A DNA stretch of 64,000 bases, taken from an uncultured Puniceicoccaceae bacterium. Its GTDB lineage: Bacteria > Verrucomicrobiota > Verrucomicrobiia > Opitutales > Oceanipulchritudinaceae. This document shows positions 20,723 to 30,753 of this stretch, piece after piece. The position numbers and the translations under genes were made by a program. The stretch covers positions 256,001 to 320,000 of the forward strand of contig CAWVVV010000002.1 of assembly GCA_963933835.1 (NCBI GenBank), in the 5' to 3' direction. Numbering within the stretch: the stretch's first letter is position 1; every line of letters begins with the position of its first letter. A model generated the notes under the pieces. That model saw nothing but the letters and a program-made list of their open reading frames with translations, ran no database searches and had not been told where the DNA came from.

Positions 20723-20819
20723 GGAATCAAATAGGGGCGAGTCGTCTTAGCTAGTTGTGACGATGCTGAGTCGGAGGCGGAGGGAAAGCTTCTTCCATCG
20801 AATGGCTATGCGCGTACAT

Positions 20820-20851
20820 AAAAAAAGCGTGCCTCTTTCGAGGACACGCTT
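20820..20851 (-). terminator. Intrinsic terminator of the pilin gene
   Basis: Minus strand AAGCGTGTCCTC-GAAA-GAGGCACGC followed by T7. Confidence 0.8.
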
Positions 20852-20874
20852 GAGTTATAAAAACTTCGAACTGA

Positions 20875-21210
20875 TTAGAAGGTATATGTAATGCTACCTG
20901 TCGTGATCGACGAATCAGTGGCACCGATAGTGAAAGCGTATGTTTCACCACGAACAGCTGTAGGCGCTGCTGAGATATACTTGTCAGTACCATAGAGATC
21001 TGTGGTAGCGACGGCTTGTGTTACACCGCTTTCGAGCATGTACTGCTGAGCAGCTGATGCAACTTGGCGCAAGTTGTTCGTGATCGCCTTGTCTTGTGAT
21101 GTTGTGCGGACCTTTTGGAACGCGGGGATAGCCATAGCGGCCAAGAGGCCGATGATGACCACAACGATCATAATTTCAACGAGGGTGAATCCTTTTTTGC
21201 TATTCTTCAT
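20875..21210 (-). CDS. Type IV pilin (prepilin N-terminal cleavage/methylation domain), probably a major pilin
   Basis: KKG|FTLVEIMIVVVIIGLLAAMAIP; monocistronic with AT-rich upstream region and own terminator. Confidence 0.92.
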   Translation of the reverse strand: MKNSKKGFTLVEIMIVVVIIGLLAAMAIPAFQKVRTTSQDKAITNNLRQVASAAQQYMLESGVTQAVATTDLYGTDKYISAAPTAVRGETYAFTIGATDSSITTGSITYTF

Positions 21211-21330
21211 GATGTTCTCTCTTTTCTTAGTATTATTGGTTTATGATAGATTTGTAGAAAATAAAATTCTTTTTTGCAAGCCCCTGAGGGGCTCTTTGGT
21301 CATCTTTGCAAATTTGTTAAGCTTTGATAA

Positions 21331-22383
21331 TTAGTAAGCTAGGGATCTATGCGTAGTCTCTTCCAAGGTGCCAAAGACCATTTTTCCGGAGGTCGATGAG
21401 TGAACGTTCTGAACGTGTACTTCCACCGTTGAACCGATTTCGGAGGCCGCATCCTCGACCACGACCATCGCCCCATCGGCTAAGTACCCAACAGCTTGCC
21501 CAGGTTCCTTGCCCGACTTCATCAGCTCGACTTCGAGCGTCTCCCCGGCGTTGGTTTCCGGAGCGAGGACTTTTGCAAGTGTTGTTATATTTAACCATTC
21601 GACGTTTTGTAGATCAGCAAGCTGTGCCAAATTGAAATCGGTCGTGAGTATCTTAGCTTTAAGCGATTGCGCTAAAAAAACTGATTTTGCGTCAATTTTA
21701 CGGTAATCTTCGATCGTACTCTCGTGAATACGTAGATCGACGTGGCTTAAATTCTTGAGCTTGGCTACGGATTCGAGGCCGCGACGCCCTCTACTACGGC
21801 GCTGTGGATCATTGCTGTCGGCAATAAAGTGCAATTCATCGAGGACGAACTGAGGGACGATCAAGGCGTGGCCGAGAAACTTGTTTTCGGCAATACCTGT
21901 GATGCGACCATCGATCAGCGCGCTGGCGTCTGTCACTGCGAGAGGAACATCGACCCCATGAGGCACAAACCGAACGTAGGGAATGACGAGGTTGAACTCG
22001 TCTTTGCCGCGCAGGGCGATGACGGCTCCTAGATACATCAGGACGGTAAAGACGGCGACGCGGGCGATAAAGAAATTCTGCAGGTAGATCGCACTTGCTT
22101 GGGTGGGATCATCAAAAGTGAGATCAAAGAGCGGTGAATTCGTAATGAAGTAGGCGGCGAGCCAGCCCGTGAAAAGGCCAAATGAGATGGCTGAAAGCCC
22201 GCGCAACGAAAAGCCTTTGAGGAGGATGTCAGTAAGGATGACGAGGGCGCCGAGGGCACCGCCGCCGACCATTGCTCGGATGCCTTGCGTTTCCCAACCG
22301 GGAATCACGAGCGTCGAGATATAGCTTCCTGCGATACAGAGGAGGAAGAAGAAGATTCTGATGGCGCGTAGCGTGGCCGACAT
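21331..22383 (-). CDS. PIN/TRAM-domain membrane protein (YacL-like)
   Basis: N-terminal TMs, DASALIDGRI, RGRRGL, TTDFNL, GKEPGQAVGYLADGAMVVVE. Confidence 0.92.
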   Translation of the reverse strand: MSATLRAIRIFFFLLCIAGSYISTLVIPGWETQGIRAMVGGGALGALVILTDILLKGFSLRGLSAISFGLFTGWLAAYFITNSPLFDLTFDDPTQASAIYLQNFFIARVAVFTVLMYLGAVIALRGKDEFNLVIPYVRFVPHGVDVPLAVTDASALIDGRITGIAENKFLGHALIVPQFVLDELHFIADSNDPQRRSRGRRGLESVAKLKNLSHVDLRIHESTIEDYRKIDAKSVFLAQSLKAKILTTDFNLAQLADLQNVEWLNITTLAKVLAPETNAGETLEVELMKSGKEPGQAVGYLADGAMVVVEDAASEIGSTVEVHVQNVHSSTSGKMVFGTLEETTHRSLAY

Positions 22384-22519
22384 AGGTGTCTCTCATATCG
22401 GCCCGTAAAGCGTCGGCCTTTACCCATTCATGCGTTTAGACGCGGAATTTCGTTAAATTTTTTACAATTGTGTTCTGATTTGCCGATAAAGAGTTCTAGT
22501 TTGTTCTCACCGATTCACC

Positions 22520-24421
22520 ATGGCCGCAAAGACCGCTCTTAGAGTTTCTCGTCAAACCACCCTCATGCTAGCCATCAGCTTACTGATGGCCGTCGTGACG
22601 TTGGTGGGGTGCCTCTTCGTCATCAGCCCGCCTCAGTCGGTCTTCCTCATCAAGTATGTGGGCTATTGGCTGATGTCGGCAACGCTTGCGCTGTTTTTCG
22701 TCATCTGCTGGAAGGACCTAAAGGAGCTGGGCGCTGTGCTGAGAAGCCATTGCCGAGCTCACAAGGTGGCGATTGCGTTCGTTCTTTTGCTCTCCGGTTT
22801 CTTGCATCTGCACGAGATTCACATGATGAAGATACTGGCTGATGAGGCAGTCATCTCGGGAACTGCACAGAGTATGCATGAGGATCGCTATGTTGCCATT
22901 CCATTACAGGCGCACTACTTGAATGGGCACTTGGAGCTGATGACGGATATGCCGGACAAGCGGCCATATCTGGTCCCATACCTGTTCTCGGCGCTGCATG
23001 ACTTGACCGGTTTTCGCGCTGAAAATGCCTTTATCCTCAATGCGCTGGCCGGAACCGGCCTGCTTCTTGCGCTGTATTTTTGGGGCTTCCACTTAGCGGG
23101 CGTTCGAATGGGACTGACTCTAGCCCTGCTCATGGCGGGTTTGCCGTTGCTGGCTCAGGTGGTGACTTCTGCAGGGTTGGAACCAGTGAACGCATTTCTC
23201 TTGGTCGCCTTTGCCTTGGCTGGCTGGCGGTATTTTCGGAGTTCGGGAATAGAGGGCCTGACCCTCTTTATCTTCCTCGGCGTTATCCTTTCGCAGGCTC
23301 GCTACGAATCGATCCTTTATACGGCGTCGATTCCCGTCCTCTTTATTTTAAAGGGACTGCGCGAGAGGACCTTTAGCCTGACATGGTTCTCCGTCTTTTC
23401 ACCAGCCCTTTTGGTCCCGCCGTTGCTCGTGCAAAAGATCTTTCAGAGCAACCGCTCCTATTTACAGCTCGATAGCGCTGATGAGGTAGCGTTCGGGTTG
23501 GGGTTTTTGTCCGAGAATATCTCCCATGCACTCTACTATCTTTTCAATCTAGGCATATATAATACAAATGCACCGTTGATATCGGTGATTTGTGTCGTCG
23601 CTTTTTTGTTTATTTGCCTGCGCATACCGAAGTGGATCGGACAAACTCATGTCGTATGGGTTTGGGTGGCTATTGGCCTGCCGACGTTGTTTAACTTTGG
23701 TCTCCTCATGTTCTACTACTGGGGAAATCTAGATGACTTGATGGTCTCTCGCCTCTGCTTGCCACTACTGATTTTTGGCCTCATGGCCGTTCCGATTATT
23801 CTTCAAGAACAGTACCGAAATAAAAGACTACCACTTGCATTCCCAATTTTGGCCGCCGCACATCTCTTAACGTTCACTCTCGCTTCGAACACACAGGGCG
23901 AAGCAACGAGTCGATTGAAGCCGGCCATTGCGTTGGAATTCGGATACGAGCAGCTGAGTAAACTACCCGCTGAATCGAGACCCTTTGTATATAGCAGAAC
24001 GAGCACGGCCTTTATCATCAAAGGCTATGCCTCATCGTATCCAGAGGCCCTCTTCTATAAACTGAATTCAATTCCCTGGATGCAAGACATCGGACTCTAT
24101 GACGACGTCTATTTGCTCCAGCAGTATAGAGTCAATCTAACGACGGGGGATGAAGTGGAATACATGTCTCCACCGCTGGATCTTTTCTTTGATAAAGAAG
24201 TTGTAGCGGAAATGTGGGTCGACGCCATGTGGCTCGTGCGTTTTTCCAGAGTGACGGGAGTTCGCGCTGTCACGGATAAAGCAATGAGTGACTGGCTTGA
24301 AGTGCACAATTTAGATCCGACAGAGTATGAAGAGATGGTGACGCCCAACTACACTTGGCCCACAGATGGATACGAGGCCGAGGGCGACTACCTTAAGGAC
24401 TGGTACACGCGCCTCCCTTGA
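22520..24421 (+). CDS. Polytopic GT-C fold (PMT/ArnT-like) glycosyltransferase
   Basis: More than 10 TM helices, acidic DE motif (KILADE) in the first large loop, RYES motif, soluble C-terminal domain. Confidence 0.7.
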   Translation: MAAKTALRVSRQTTLMLAISLLMAVVTLVGCLFVISPPQSVFLIKYVGYWLMSATLALFFVICWKDLKELGAVLRSHCRAHKVAIAFVLLLSGFLHLHEIHMMKILADEAVISGTAQSMHEDRYVAIPLQAHYLNGHLELMTDMPDKRPYLVPYLFSALHDLTGFRAENAFILNALAGTGLLLALYFWGFHLAGVRMGLTLALLMAGLPLLAQVVTSAGLEPVNAFLLVAFALAGWRYFRSSGIEGLTLFIFLGVILSQARYESILYTASIPVLFILKGLRERTFSLTWFSVFSPALLVPPLLVQKIFQSNRSYLQLDSADEVAFGLGFLSENISHALYYLFNLGIYNTNAPLISVICVVAFLFICLRIPKWIGQTHVVWVWVAIGLPTLFNFGLLMFYYWGNLDDLMVSRLCLPLLIFGLMAVPIILQEQYRNKRLPLAFPILAAAHLLTFTLASNTQGEATSRLKPAIALEFGYEQLSKLPAESRPFVYSRTSTAFIIKGYASSYPEALFYKLNSIPWMQDIGLYDDVYLLQQYRVNLTTGDEVEYMSPPLDLFFDKEVVAEMWVDAMWLVRFSRVTGVRAVTDKAMSDWLEVHNLDPTEYEEMVTPNYTWPTDGYEAEGDYLKDWYTRLP

Positions 24422-24427
24422 CCTAGA

Positions 24428-25174
24428 ATGACTGATATAACTTACGATTTAAGTCTCTTGGAGGCGAGCGAAGCGAAGTGGAAATCGTCGCCCGCTTTGC
24501 GCTACATTTATGGCCGGTTTTACCAACAAGCTCTAGGCTGGATCGTCGATGGCCCCTGTCTTGAGCTCGGCGCTGGTATCGGCGCGGGCCGCGAGCTCAT
24601 TCCCGGCCTCGTAACAAGCGATCTGGTTCAGACTCGGTTTGTCGATCAAGCGGAGGATTGTTACGAGGTCACAAGACACCCTGATGGTTGGTCTGGCCTG
24701 CTTGCGATTGATGTTTTTCATCACCTTACTGAGCCGTTGCGATTTTTAGAATCGGCCGCGAAGGCCCTGCGCCCTGGAGGACGGCTGGTTCTCGTCGAGC
24801 CTGCAGCAACACCGGTTGCGATGCCGCTATACAATCGTTTTCACGTCGAACCGATGCGGCCGAGCGAACTGGATCCTCCCTTTTCATTCGACGTAGATGA
24901 GAAAGGTGAATTTGCCAACATGGGGATGGCGGTTGCTCTGTTTCTCCATCATCGCGAGTGGTTTGAAGCGCACTGTGAAGAGCTTGGGTTACGCCTCCTT
25001 GAGGTGAAGTTTTCAGATCCATTAGCGTATCCACTGACGGGCGGATATTCTGGCCGCCAAAGGCTCCCAGATAGCTGCATCCGATTTTTGGGAAAGTTTG
25101 AGAAAATTCTCCCATCCTTTATTCACCGCCTCTTCGGCTGGCGCATGACCGTCGTCCTTGAGGCCTGCAACTGA
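24428..25174 (+). CDS. Class I SAM-dependent methyltransferase
   Basis: LELGAGIG, DVFHHL, LRPGGRLVLVEP. Confidence 0.88.
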   Translation: MTDITYDLSLLEASEAKWKSSPALRYIYGRFYQQALGWIVDGPCLELGAGIGAGRELIPGLVTSDLVQTRFVDQAEDCYEVTRHPDGWSGLLAIDVFHHLTEPLRFLESAAKALRPGGRLVLVEPAATPVAMPLYNRFHVEPMRPSELDPPFSFDVDEKGEFANMGMAVALFLHHREWFEAHCEELGLRLLEVKFSDPLAYPLTGGYSGRQRLPDSCIRFLGKFEKILPSFIHRLFGWRMTVVLEACN

Positions 25175-25185
25175 GTCTATTTATT

Positions 25186-26664
25186 ATGTCCGCACCCAAA
25201 CGATTTAACTACAAGGCCTACTTTGAGGCTGTCTCGAAGTCACAAGAACGCGCCCAACGCTATCAAAAAGGCTTTCATCGGCAGATCGCGGGGCTTCTCA
25301 AACACCACGTCCTCCCGGGGCAGCGTATTTTGGAATTGGGCTCGGCCCGTGGTGATTTGCTCGCCGCGCTTGAGCCGAGTTATGGGCTAGGCCTCGACTT
25401 GAGTGAAAATCAAGTCGACCGGGCAAAGAGGGCGCACTCCGACCCCTCACTAGAATTTCGCCAACACGATGTTGAGGAAGGGCTTCCGGTCGAGGCCTAC
25501 GATGTCATCTTGATGGATTACCTCATCGGCTATCTGCCTGATGTGCAGAAGGTCTTGGATCTTTTGAGGTCCTGCAGGCACCCGCGGACGCGCCTCTATA
25601 TCACCTCGCTCAATTATATCTGGAAGCCATTTCTGGTTCTTGCCCAGCGCCTGGGATTGGTCTCTGCCCAGCCGGCGAATAACTGTTTGAATAGTCAGGA
25701 TTTGATTAACCTTCTCGAGCTCAGTGGCTGGGAAGTCGTGCAACAGGGTAGTGAACAATTATTCCCATTTGAGATCCCGTTTATTTCTAGCTTCTTTAAC
25801 CGGTTTTTGGTGCGCCTCCCGGGTCTTCGGCACCTTGGTTGTTCGCTCTTTTTGACTGCACGACCGAAGCTTGAGCCACGCCTGACCGAAGAAGTTTCTT
25901 GTAGTATCGTTATCCCCGCTCGGAACGAGTCGAGCAACATCCGCGCAGCGCTTGAAACGATCCCAGTTCTTGGCAAGGGGACCGAAGTGATTATCGTCGA
26001 AGGCCACAGCACAGACGATACGTGGGAGGTTGTTCAGCGTGAGTGCGAAGCGTATGAAGGACCGCATAAATTACATTGGTGTCAGCAGCCCGGAAAAGGG
26101 AAATGGGATGCTGTCTACGAAGGCTTTAAGCATGCCAAGGGTGATGTATTAACAATCCTCGACGGCGACCTCACTGTCCCTCCGAGCGATCTGACAAAGT
26201 TCTACGATGCGATCGCTTCCGGTAATGCCGAGTTTGTGAATGGTTCCCGTCTAGTTTATCCGATGGAGAATAGGGCCATGCGTTTCTTGAACTTTATCGG
26301 AAACAAGTTCTTTGCTATGACCTTGAGCTTCATTCTCGGGCAGCCGGTTAAGGACAGTCTGTGCGGGACCAAGATGATGCTAAAGAGCGATTTTTGGCGG
26401 CTAATGAAACGGATTGAGGAGTTTGGTGACTTTGATCCCTTCGGAGATTTTAATCTCCTCTTTGGGAGTTCACTGCTAGACCTTAAGATCCGTGACTTGC
26501 CAATTCGCTATCGTGAACGGACATACGGCGATACGAATATTCGGCGTTTCTACCACGGCCAGATTCTACTGCGGATGTCTTGGTTCGGGCTCCTGAAACT
26601 GCGTTTCCACTCTTTGCGCACGAGACAGATTCGGGAAAAAGAAAAGCACCTCGCCGCAAAATAA
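25186..26664 (+). CDS. Methyltransferase-like domain fused to DPM1-like GT2 glycosyltransferase
   Basis: N-terminal ILELGSARGD; C-terminal SIVIPARNE, VEGHSTD, GKGK, ILDGDLT, DSLCGTK, YRERTYG. Confidence 0.9.
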   Translation: MSAPKRFNYKAYFEAVSKSQERAQRYQKGFHRQIAGLLKHHVLPGQRILELGSARGDLLAALEPSYGLGLDLSENQVDRAKRAHSDPSLEFRQHDVEEGLPVEAYDVILMDYLIGYLPDVQKVLDLLRSCRHPRTRLYITSLNYIWKPFLVLAQRLGLVSAQPANNCLNSQDLINLLELSGWEVVQQGSEQLFPFEIPFISSFFNRFLVRLPGLRHLGCSLFLTARPKLEPRLTEEVSCSIVIPARNESSNIRAALETIPVLGKGTEVIIVEGHSTDDTWEVVQRECEAYEGPHKLHWCQQPGKGKWDAVYEGFKHAKGDVLTILDGDLTVPPSDLTKFYDAIASGNAEFVNGSRLVYPMENRAMRFLNFIGNKFFAMTLSFILGQPVKDSLCGTKMMLKSDFWRLMKRIEEFGDFDPFGDFNLLFGSSLLDLKIRDLPIRYRERTYGDTNIRRFYHGQILLRMSWFGLLKLRFHSLRTRQIREKEKHLAAK

Positions 26665-26703
26665 GGGGAGATGCTTTGAAAGAAAATCGGGGTTAGCTGT
26701 TGA

Positions 26704-27192
26704 TTACTCTGAGCTCTTTAGCGTCTGGCGCGCCCAGTCCTCGAGCAGCGTCATTTCGTATTTGAAATGCGAATTTCCGATGCTCGTGATTCCGAAGTCA
26801 AAGTTCAGATCCTTGATCGATTCTTCACCTTCCGCAACGATCGCACCGCTTGGGTCGCGCAGGGTATATTTGAAGTCCATCGATGGGGGATAGATGCCTT
26901 CTACGTAGCGAATGTCGGAATTCTGCCGATTGCGCCATGGCTGGATGTCGCCCGCCATATCAATATTGTCGAATGTGATTTCGAGTTTTCGGTCTTCGCC
27001 AACAATTTTTTTCAGTCGGAGGCTTCGTTTTACTTCTTTCACGAAGATGTTTTTCGTCTTTTCCTCCGACAAGCCTTGGAGAGAGAAATCTGTGTAGTTG
27101 TCGAGGTCTTCAAAATTGAGCTTAAGGGTCGCGGCATTGAGCGCGGTAGAAAGAGCCAGGAGGGCGGTGGTCGCTAGGGTAATGTGCTTCAT
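26704..27192 (-). CDS. DUF3016-like exported protein
   Basis: Signal peptide; YTDF, DMAGDIQP, DIRYVEGIYPP, YEMTLLEDW. Confidence 0.8.
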   Translation of the reverse strand: MKHITLATTALLALSTALNAATLKLNFEDLDNYTDFSLQGLSEEKTKNIFVKEVKRSLRLKKIVGEDRKLEITFDNIDMAGDIQPWRNRQNSDIRYVEGIYPPSMDFKYTLRDPSGAIVAEGEESIKDLNFDFGITSIGNSHFKYEMTLLEDWARQTLKSSE

Positions 27193-27307
27193 AGTTCTCT
27201 ATGTGTGTTAATTGATGCTAAATACGATATAACTAAGAGGCCTGGATGCAGAATTTTATTCTCAAAAAGTATCCACGGTTCCTCCTTTTGTCAACTTTTC
27301 GACCGTA

Positions 27308-29831
27308 TTAGCGCCACTCGTGCTTTGGATAACGTCCCCGGAGCTCCTTTTTGACCGCCTGGTAGGAGCCCTGCCAAAAGGCGTCGAGGTCATCCGTGAG
27401 CTGAGCAGGCCTTTGATTTGGAGCAAGGAGCTCCACCCGGGGCCGGACGCGGCCTTCGGCTAGGGCGAAGCTGGCGTGAGGGAGGTCGTAGAATTTCTGT
27501 AGCTGGCCCGAGACGACAGGCGAGCCCTCCTCGGGATAGCGGACACGAAATCGCTTTCGGTCTCCAAAATTCAGTTCCCGTGGAGCTAGTCGTTCCACTT
27601 CAGGTGCGAGACCCGCTGGCATCCAGTCTTCCATCACAGGCATGACAGGCTTCTTTTTGATTTCTGAATAGCTCTTTGCTCCGAAACAAAGCTGCTCAAT
27701 AACGAGCTCTTTATCCTCCTCGGTAAAAGGGGTGAAACCGTAGTCAGCGCATGTCTGGGCGAGAAAGTTGACGCGAGATATCCACTCGTCGACACGGTGG
27801 GTCCATTCCTTGAGCACGACATCACCTCTCCGAACGGCTTCGGCAAGGAGGCCGGCGGCCGCATCCGGGTCCACTTCGTTAGCCTCCTTGCTAGAAATGA
27901 CGAGTTCGCGGAAGCGTTCCTCCATCACGGTGACGATCCGCCCCTGGTTTCCCTCGAGGCGGGTTTCGCGCTGCGCAGTGAATTGGTCTTCGAAGCATTC
28001 TTTGAGCAAAGCAGGGTCAATCGGCGTGTTTTGAGTCAGAAAAACTGAGACCTCCTTGCCGATCGTGCGTTCCTGTAATTCGGTGGCGACGACCCATTCC
28101 GCAGTCCGTGCCAGGCTCTGGCGGTCGATGTCGCCACGGCGCCCACGCGCTGTTTGCGCACTGTAGTTTTGGCGGTTGAGCCTTTTGGCAACATTGTCCG
28201 CGAAGCCTGCGAGGAGTATTCTTTGAAGAGTCTCTAGGGTGAGAGCGGCGGGCTCGGTTTTGAACTGATCAATGTCTTTCAAGGCGCTGATGAGCTGGGC
28301 GACTGAGCGGGCTGTCTCGCGGGCCGCGTTCATCTTGATCCCGTGCGCCTTGCCCCAGGGGAGCGAAAATCGGGCTTGCTGGGCTCCCTGCCAAGCGAGG
28401 ATGAGGGCTAAGTGATCTGAGCCGAGGTCGATCGCAGGTTCCAGCAGGGCCTCTCGTTGCTTTTCGACCGATCGGTCAACTCGATGCTCTAAAATGGAGC
28501 GACTCTCGAGGAGGCCGGCCAAGGGGCAGCCCAGATCAGCTTGTTTTAGCTTTGCTGCTTCGAGAACAAGGGACCCTAGGCGAGGATGAAGTGGCAGGCG
28601 GGCAAGGTGTTTCCCCTTGGTTGTAAGACCGCTATTCAGATCGATGGCGCCGAGTTGGGTGAGCAGTTCCTCTGCTTCCTGGACGCGCTCTTTGTTAGGC
28701 GGATCAAACCATTCAAGGGACTCGATCGACTCAACCCCTGCGGCATGGAGCCCGAGGAGGGTTTCCGCTAGCTCCAATCGGTGGATTTCTGGAGCGAGGA
28801 AAGCTTGGCGATGGGCGTGCTCTGACTCTGTCCATAGGCGCAGGCAGCGCCCGGGAGCGACTCGCCCGGCCCGGCCCGCGCGTTGATCGGCCGAGGCGCG
28901 GCTTATGTTCTCTACAATCAAGGTATTGAGGCCGCGGCGGGCGTCATAGCCGGCGATCCGGGCCAGACCTGTCGATCACGAGACGAACCTCGGGGAGAGT
29001 GAGGGAAGTTTCGGCGATATTTGTCGCGACGATTACTTTGGGCCGATTCGAGGCGCGAAAGGCTCGATCTTGTTCCTCTGAGGCTTGTTCGCCGTGGAGG
29101 CGTAATATTTCATAAGGCCGCGCATCGGGCAGGGCTTCAAGGGCTTCGATCGTTTTACGAATTTCGAAGGCGCCCGGCATGAAGATCAAGCAGTCGCCTT
29201 CAAACCCGTTGCGCGCTTCTCGCCTAAAGGCACTTGCGACGTTTTTCCAAACAGGGGCACGGCTATCGACTTCGCTGGCTCTCGTATAAGCTATTTCAAC
29301 GGGGAAGGTGCGCCCATCGGAGCGGAGGGTTTGGGCCGGAGCTAGGTAGTCCTGCAGTCCCTCGGGGGAGAGGGTGGCGGACATCACAAATAGACGTAGA
29401 TCAGCTCGGTCTTCTTTCTGGAGACGCCGGACCATCGCGAGGCCCACATCGCCAGCGAGGTGTCGTTCGTGAAATTCATCAAAGATGACCGCCGCGACGC
29501 CTATGAGCTGTGGGTCATGTTGGAGTCGTCGTAGAAGAATACCCTCCGTGAGAAACACGATCCGGGTGGCGGCGGTCATCTTCTTGTCGTGGCGGATGTG
29601 ATAGCCGCCGTCTTTTCCTAGGGGCGTCTGCCATTCCTCTGCGACTCGGCGTGGCTGGAGCACGAGGATCGTTTTTTCAGACCCCGCGAGCTGCGCCAGC
29701 ATTTGGGGTATACGGGTGGATTTGCCCGATCCAGTCGGTGCGCTGAGGACAACGTTTTGTCCGGTGTTCCACAGCCCCTCGACGTCTGGAGACAGCGCAT
29801 CGATGGGCAGTGGTGTGAGGATATTTGCCAT
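27308..29831 (-). pseudogene. hrpB: ATP-dependent helicase HrpB, frameshifted at about 28970 and with a short in-frame deletion in motif Ia
   Basis: APTGSGKST, DEFHER, MSAT, ATNIAETSLT, QRAGRAGR, C-terminal RGRYPKHEW; GAC-A-GGT lacks 2 nt of VID[S/T]GLAR. Confidence 0.9.
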
Positions 29832-29922
29832 GTTTCCCCGACCATTGGGGTGCACGGGGACGGTCATCAACAGTTTTGCGGTAAAATATTTTTGCCAAAC
29901 GAGGTAGAACCCTGAGTAATAG

Positions 29923-29954
29923 AAAGCCGACAGGTGTGGGACCTGTCGGCTTTT
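29923..29954. terminator. Strong hairpin, probable terminator downstream of hsp20
   Basis: Perfect 13-bp stem AAAGCCGACAGGT-gtggg-ACCTGTCGGCTTT. Confidence 0.75.
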
Positions 29955-30119
29955 GAAGCCTCCTGAATATGGAGGGTACTCATTGCTTTGCTATCTCTTG
30001 TGTCTCTCACTCGAGAACTATGTCTGAATGAGGGTGTCTTAAGTCCTCATCTTGGTGTTAAAGGTTAGAGCTTTAAACATCCTCACCTATTCCAGTAGAC
30101 GCGCGTTTTTCTGAAGTGT

Positions 30120-30569
30120 TCAGGTGATTTCAATTTGGCGCGCTTTTGCCTGAGCCGCCTTGGGAAAGCTGACGGTCAAGATGCCGTTCTCCAGCGGAGC
30201 TTTTGCTCCTTCGAGGTCGAGGTGGCGCGGAAGGCGGACTTGGCTTTGGTAGCGAACTTTGCCGCCTCCAGTCCTTTCGTTGTCTTCCCCGTGGATGTTA
30301 TCGGCGCCCGGGTTCTCGGTGCTGACGGTGAGGACATTCTTCTCAACCTGAAGGTTAACGTCTTCCCGGCTCGTCCCAGGGACTTCGAAGATGAAATCGA
30401 AGCCTGCCTCGTTATCTTTGTAGCTCACGCGCTGGCTACGGGGGCTTTGATGCGTTTGTTCACTCGAGCGCCCAAGAGGAGCCAGGCGGGTCAGCGCGTC
30501 TTCGAAGAGGCTGCTGAAGTTGCCGAGGGAACTGTGAATGTCGGGTTGTTGGTATCTGATGAATTTCAT
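30120..30569 (-). CDS. Hsp20/alpha-crystallin small heat-shock protein
   Basis: EVPGTSREDVNLQVEKNVLTVS, ENGILTVSFPK, RQIEI; ATG at 30569. Confidence 0.92.
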   Translation of the reverse strand: MKFIRYQQPDIHSSLGNFSSLFEDALTRLAPLGRSSEQTHQSPRSQRVSYKDNEAGFDFIFEVPGTSREDVNLQVEKNVLTVSTENPGADNIHGEDNERTGGGKVRYQSQVRLPRHLDLEGAKAPLENGILTVSFPKAAQAKARQIEIT

Positions 30570-30611
30570 TGTTTTATCCGTTAATTGTTGGGTTAGGGTG
30601 TGCCCAACAGA

Positions 30612-30628
30612 TTGCACGGATGATACCA
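30612..30628 (-). promoter_or_regulatory. Putative sigma-54 -24/-12 promoter of hsp20
   Basis: Minus strand TGGTATCATCCGTGCAA: GG-N10-GC spacing, about 45 nt upstream of ATG. Confidence 0.6.
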
Positions 30629-30753
30629 ATCTAATGAAATCTATAAGTGCCTGATATAGAAGGCACTGCAAATTGAGGCGAAATCAATAAAGCGACATAC
30701 TGTCACACTTCGGCCGCATATTGGGACGAATTATCGACCTGCGAGAGGAGCCT

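Noticed and set aside
20875..21210. Electrically conductive pilin (e-pilin)
   Set aside because: Has F1, F24 and Y50, but position 27 is Val and only 9 of 104 mature residues are aromatic, with long aromatic-free gaps
30646..30667. CIRCE element before hsp20
   Set aside because: AGTGCCT-N8-AGGCACT has the half-sites in the wrong order and spacing for TTAGCACTC-N9-GAGTGCTAA
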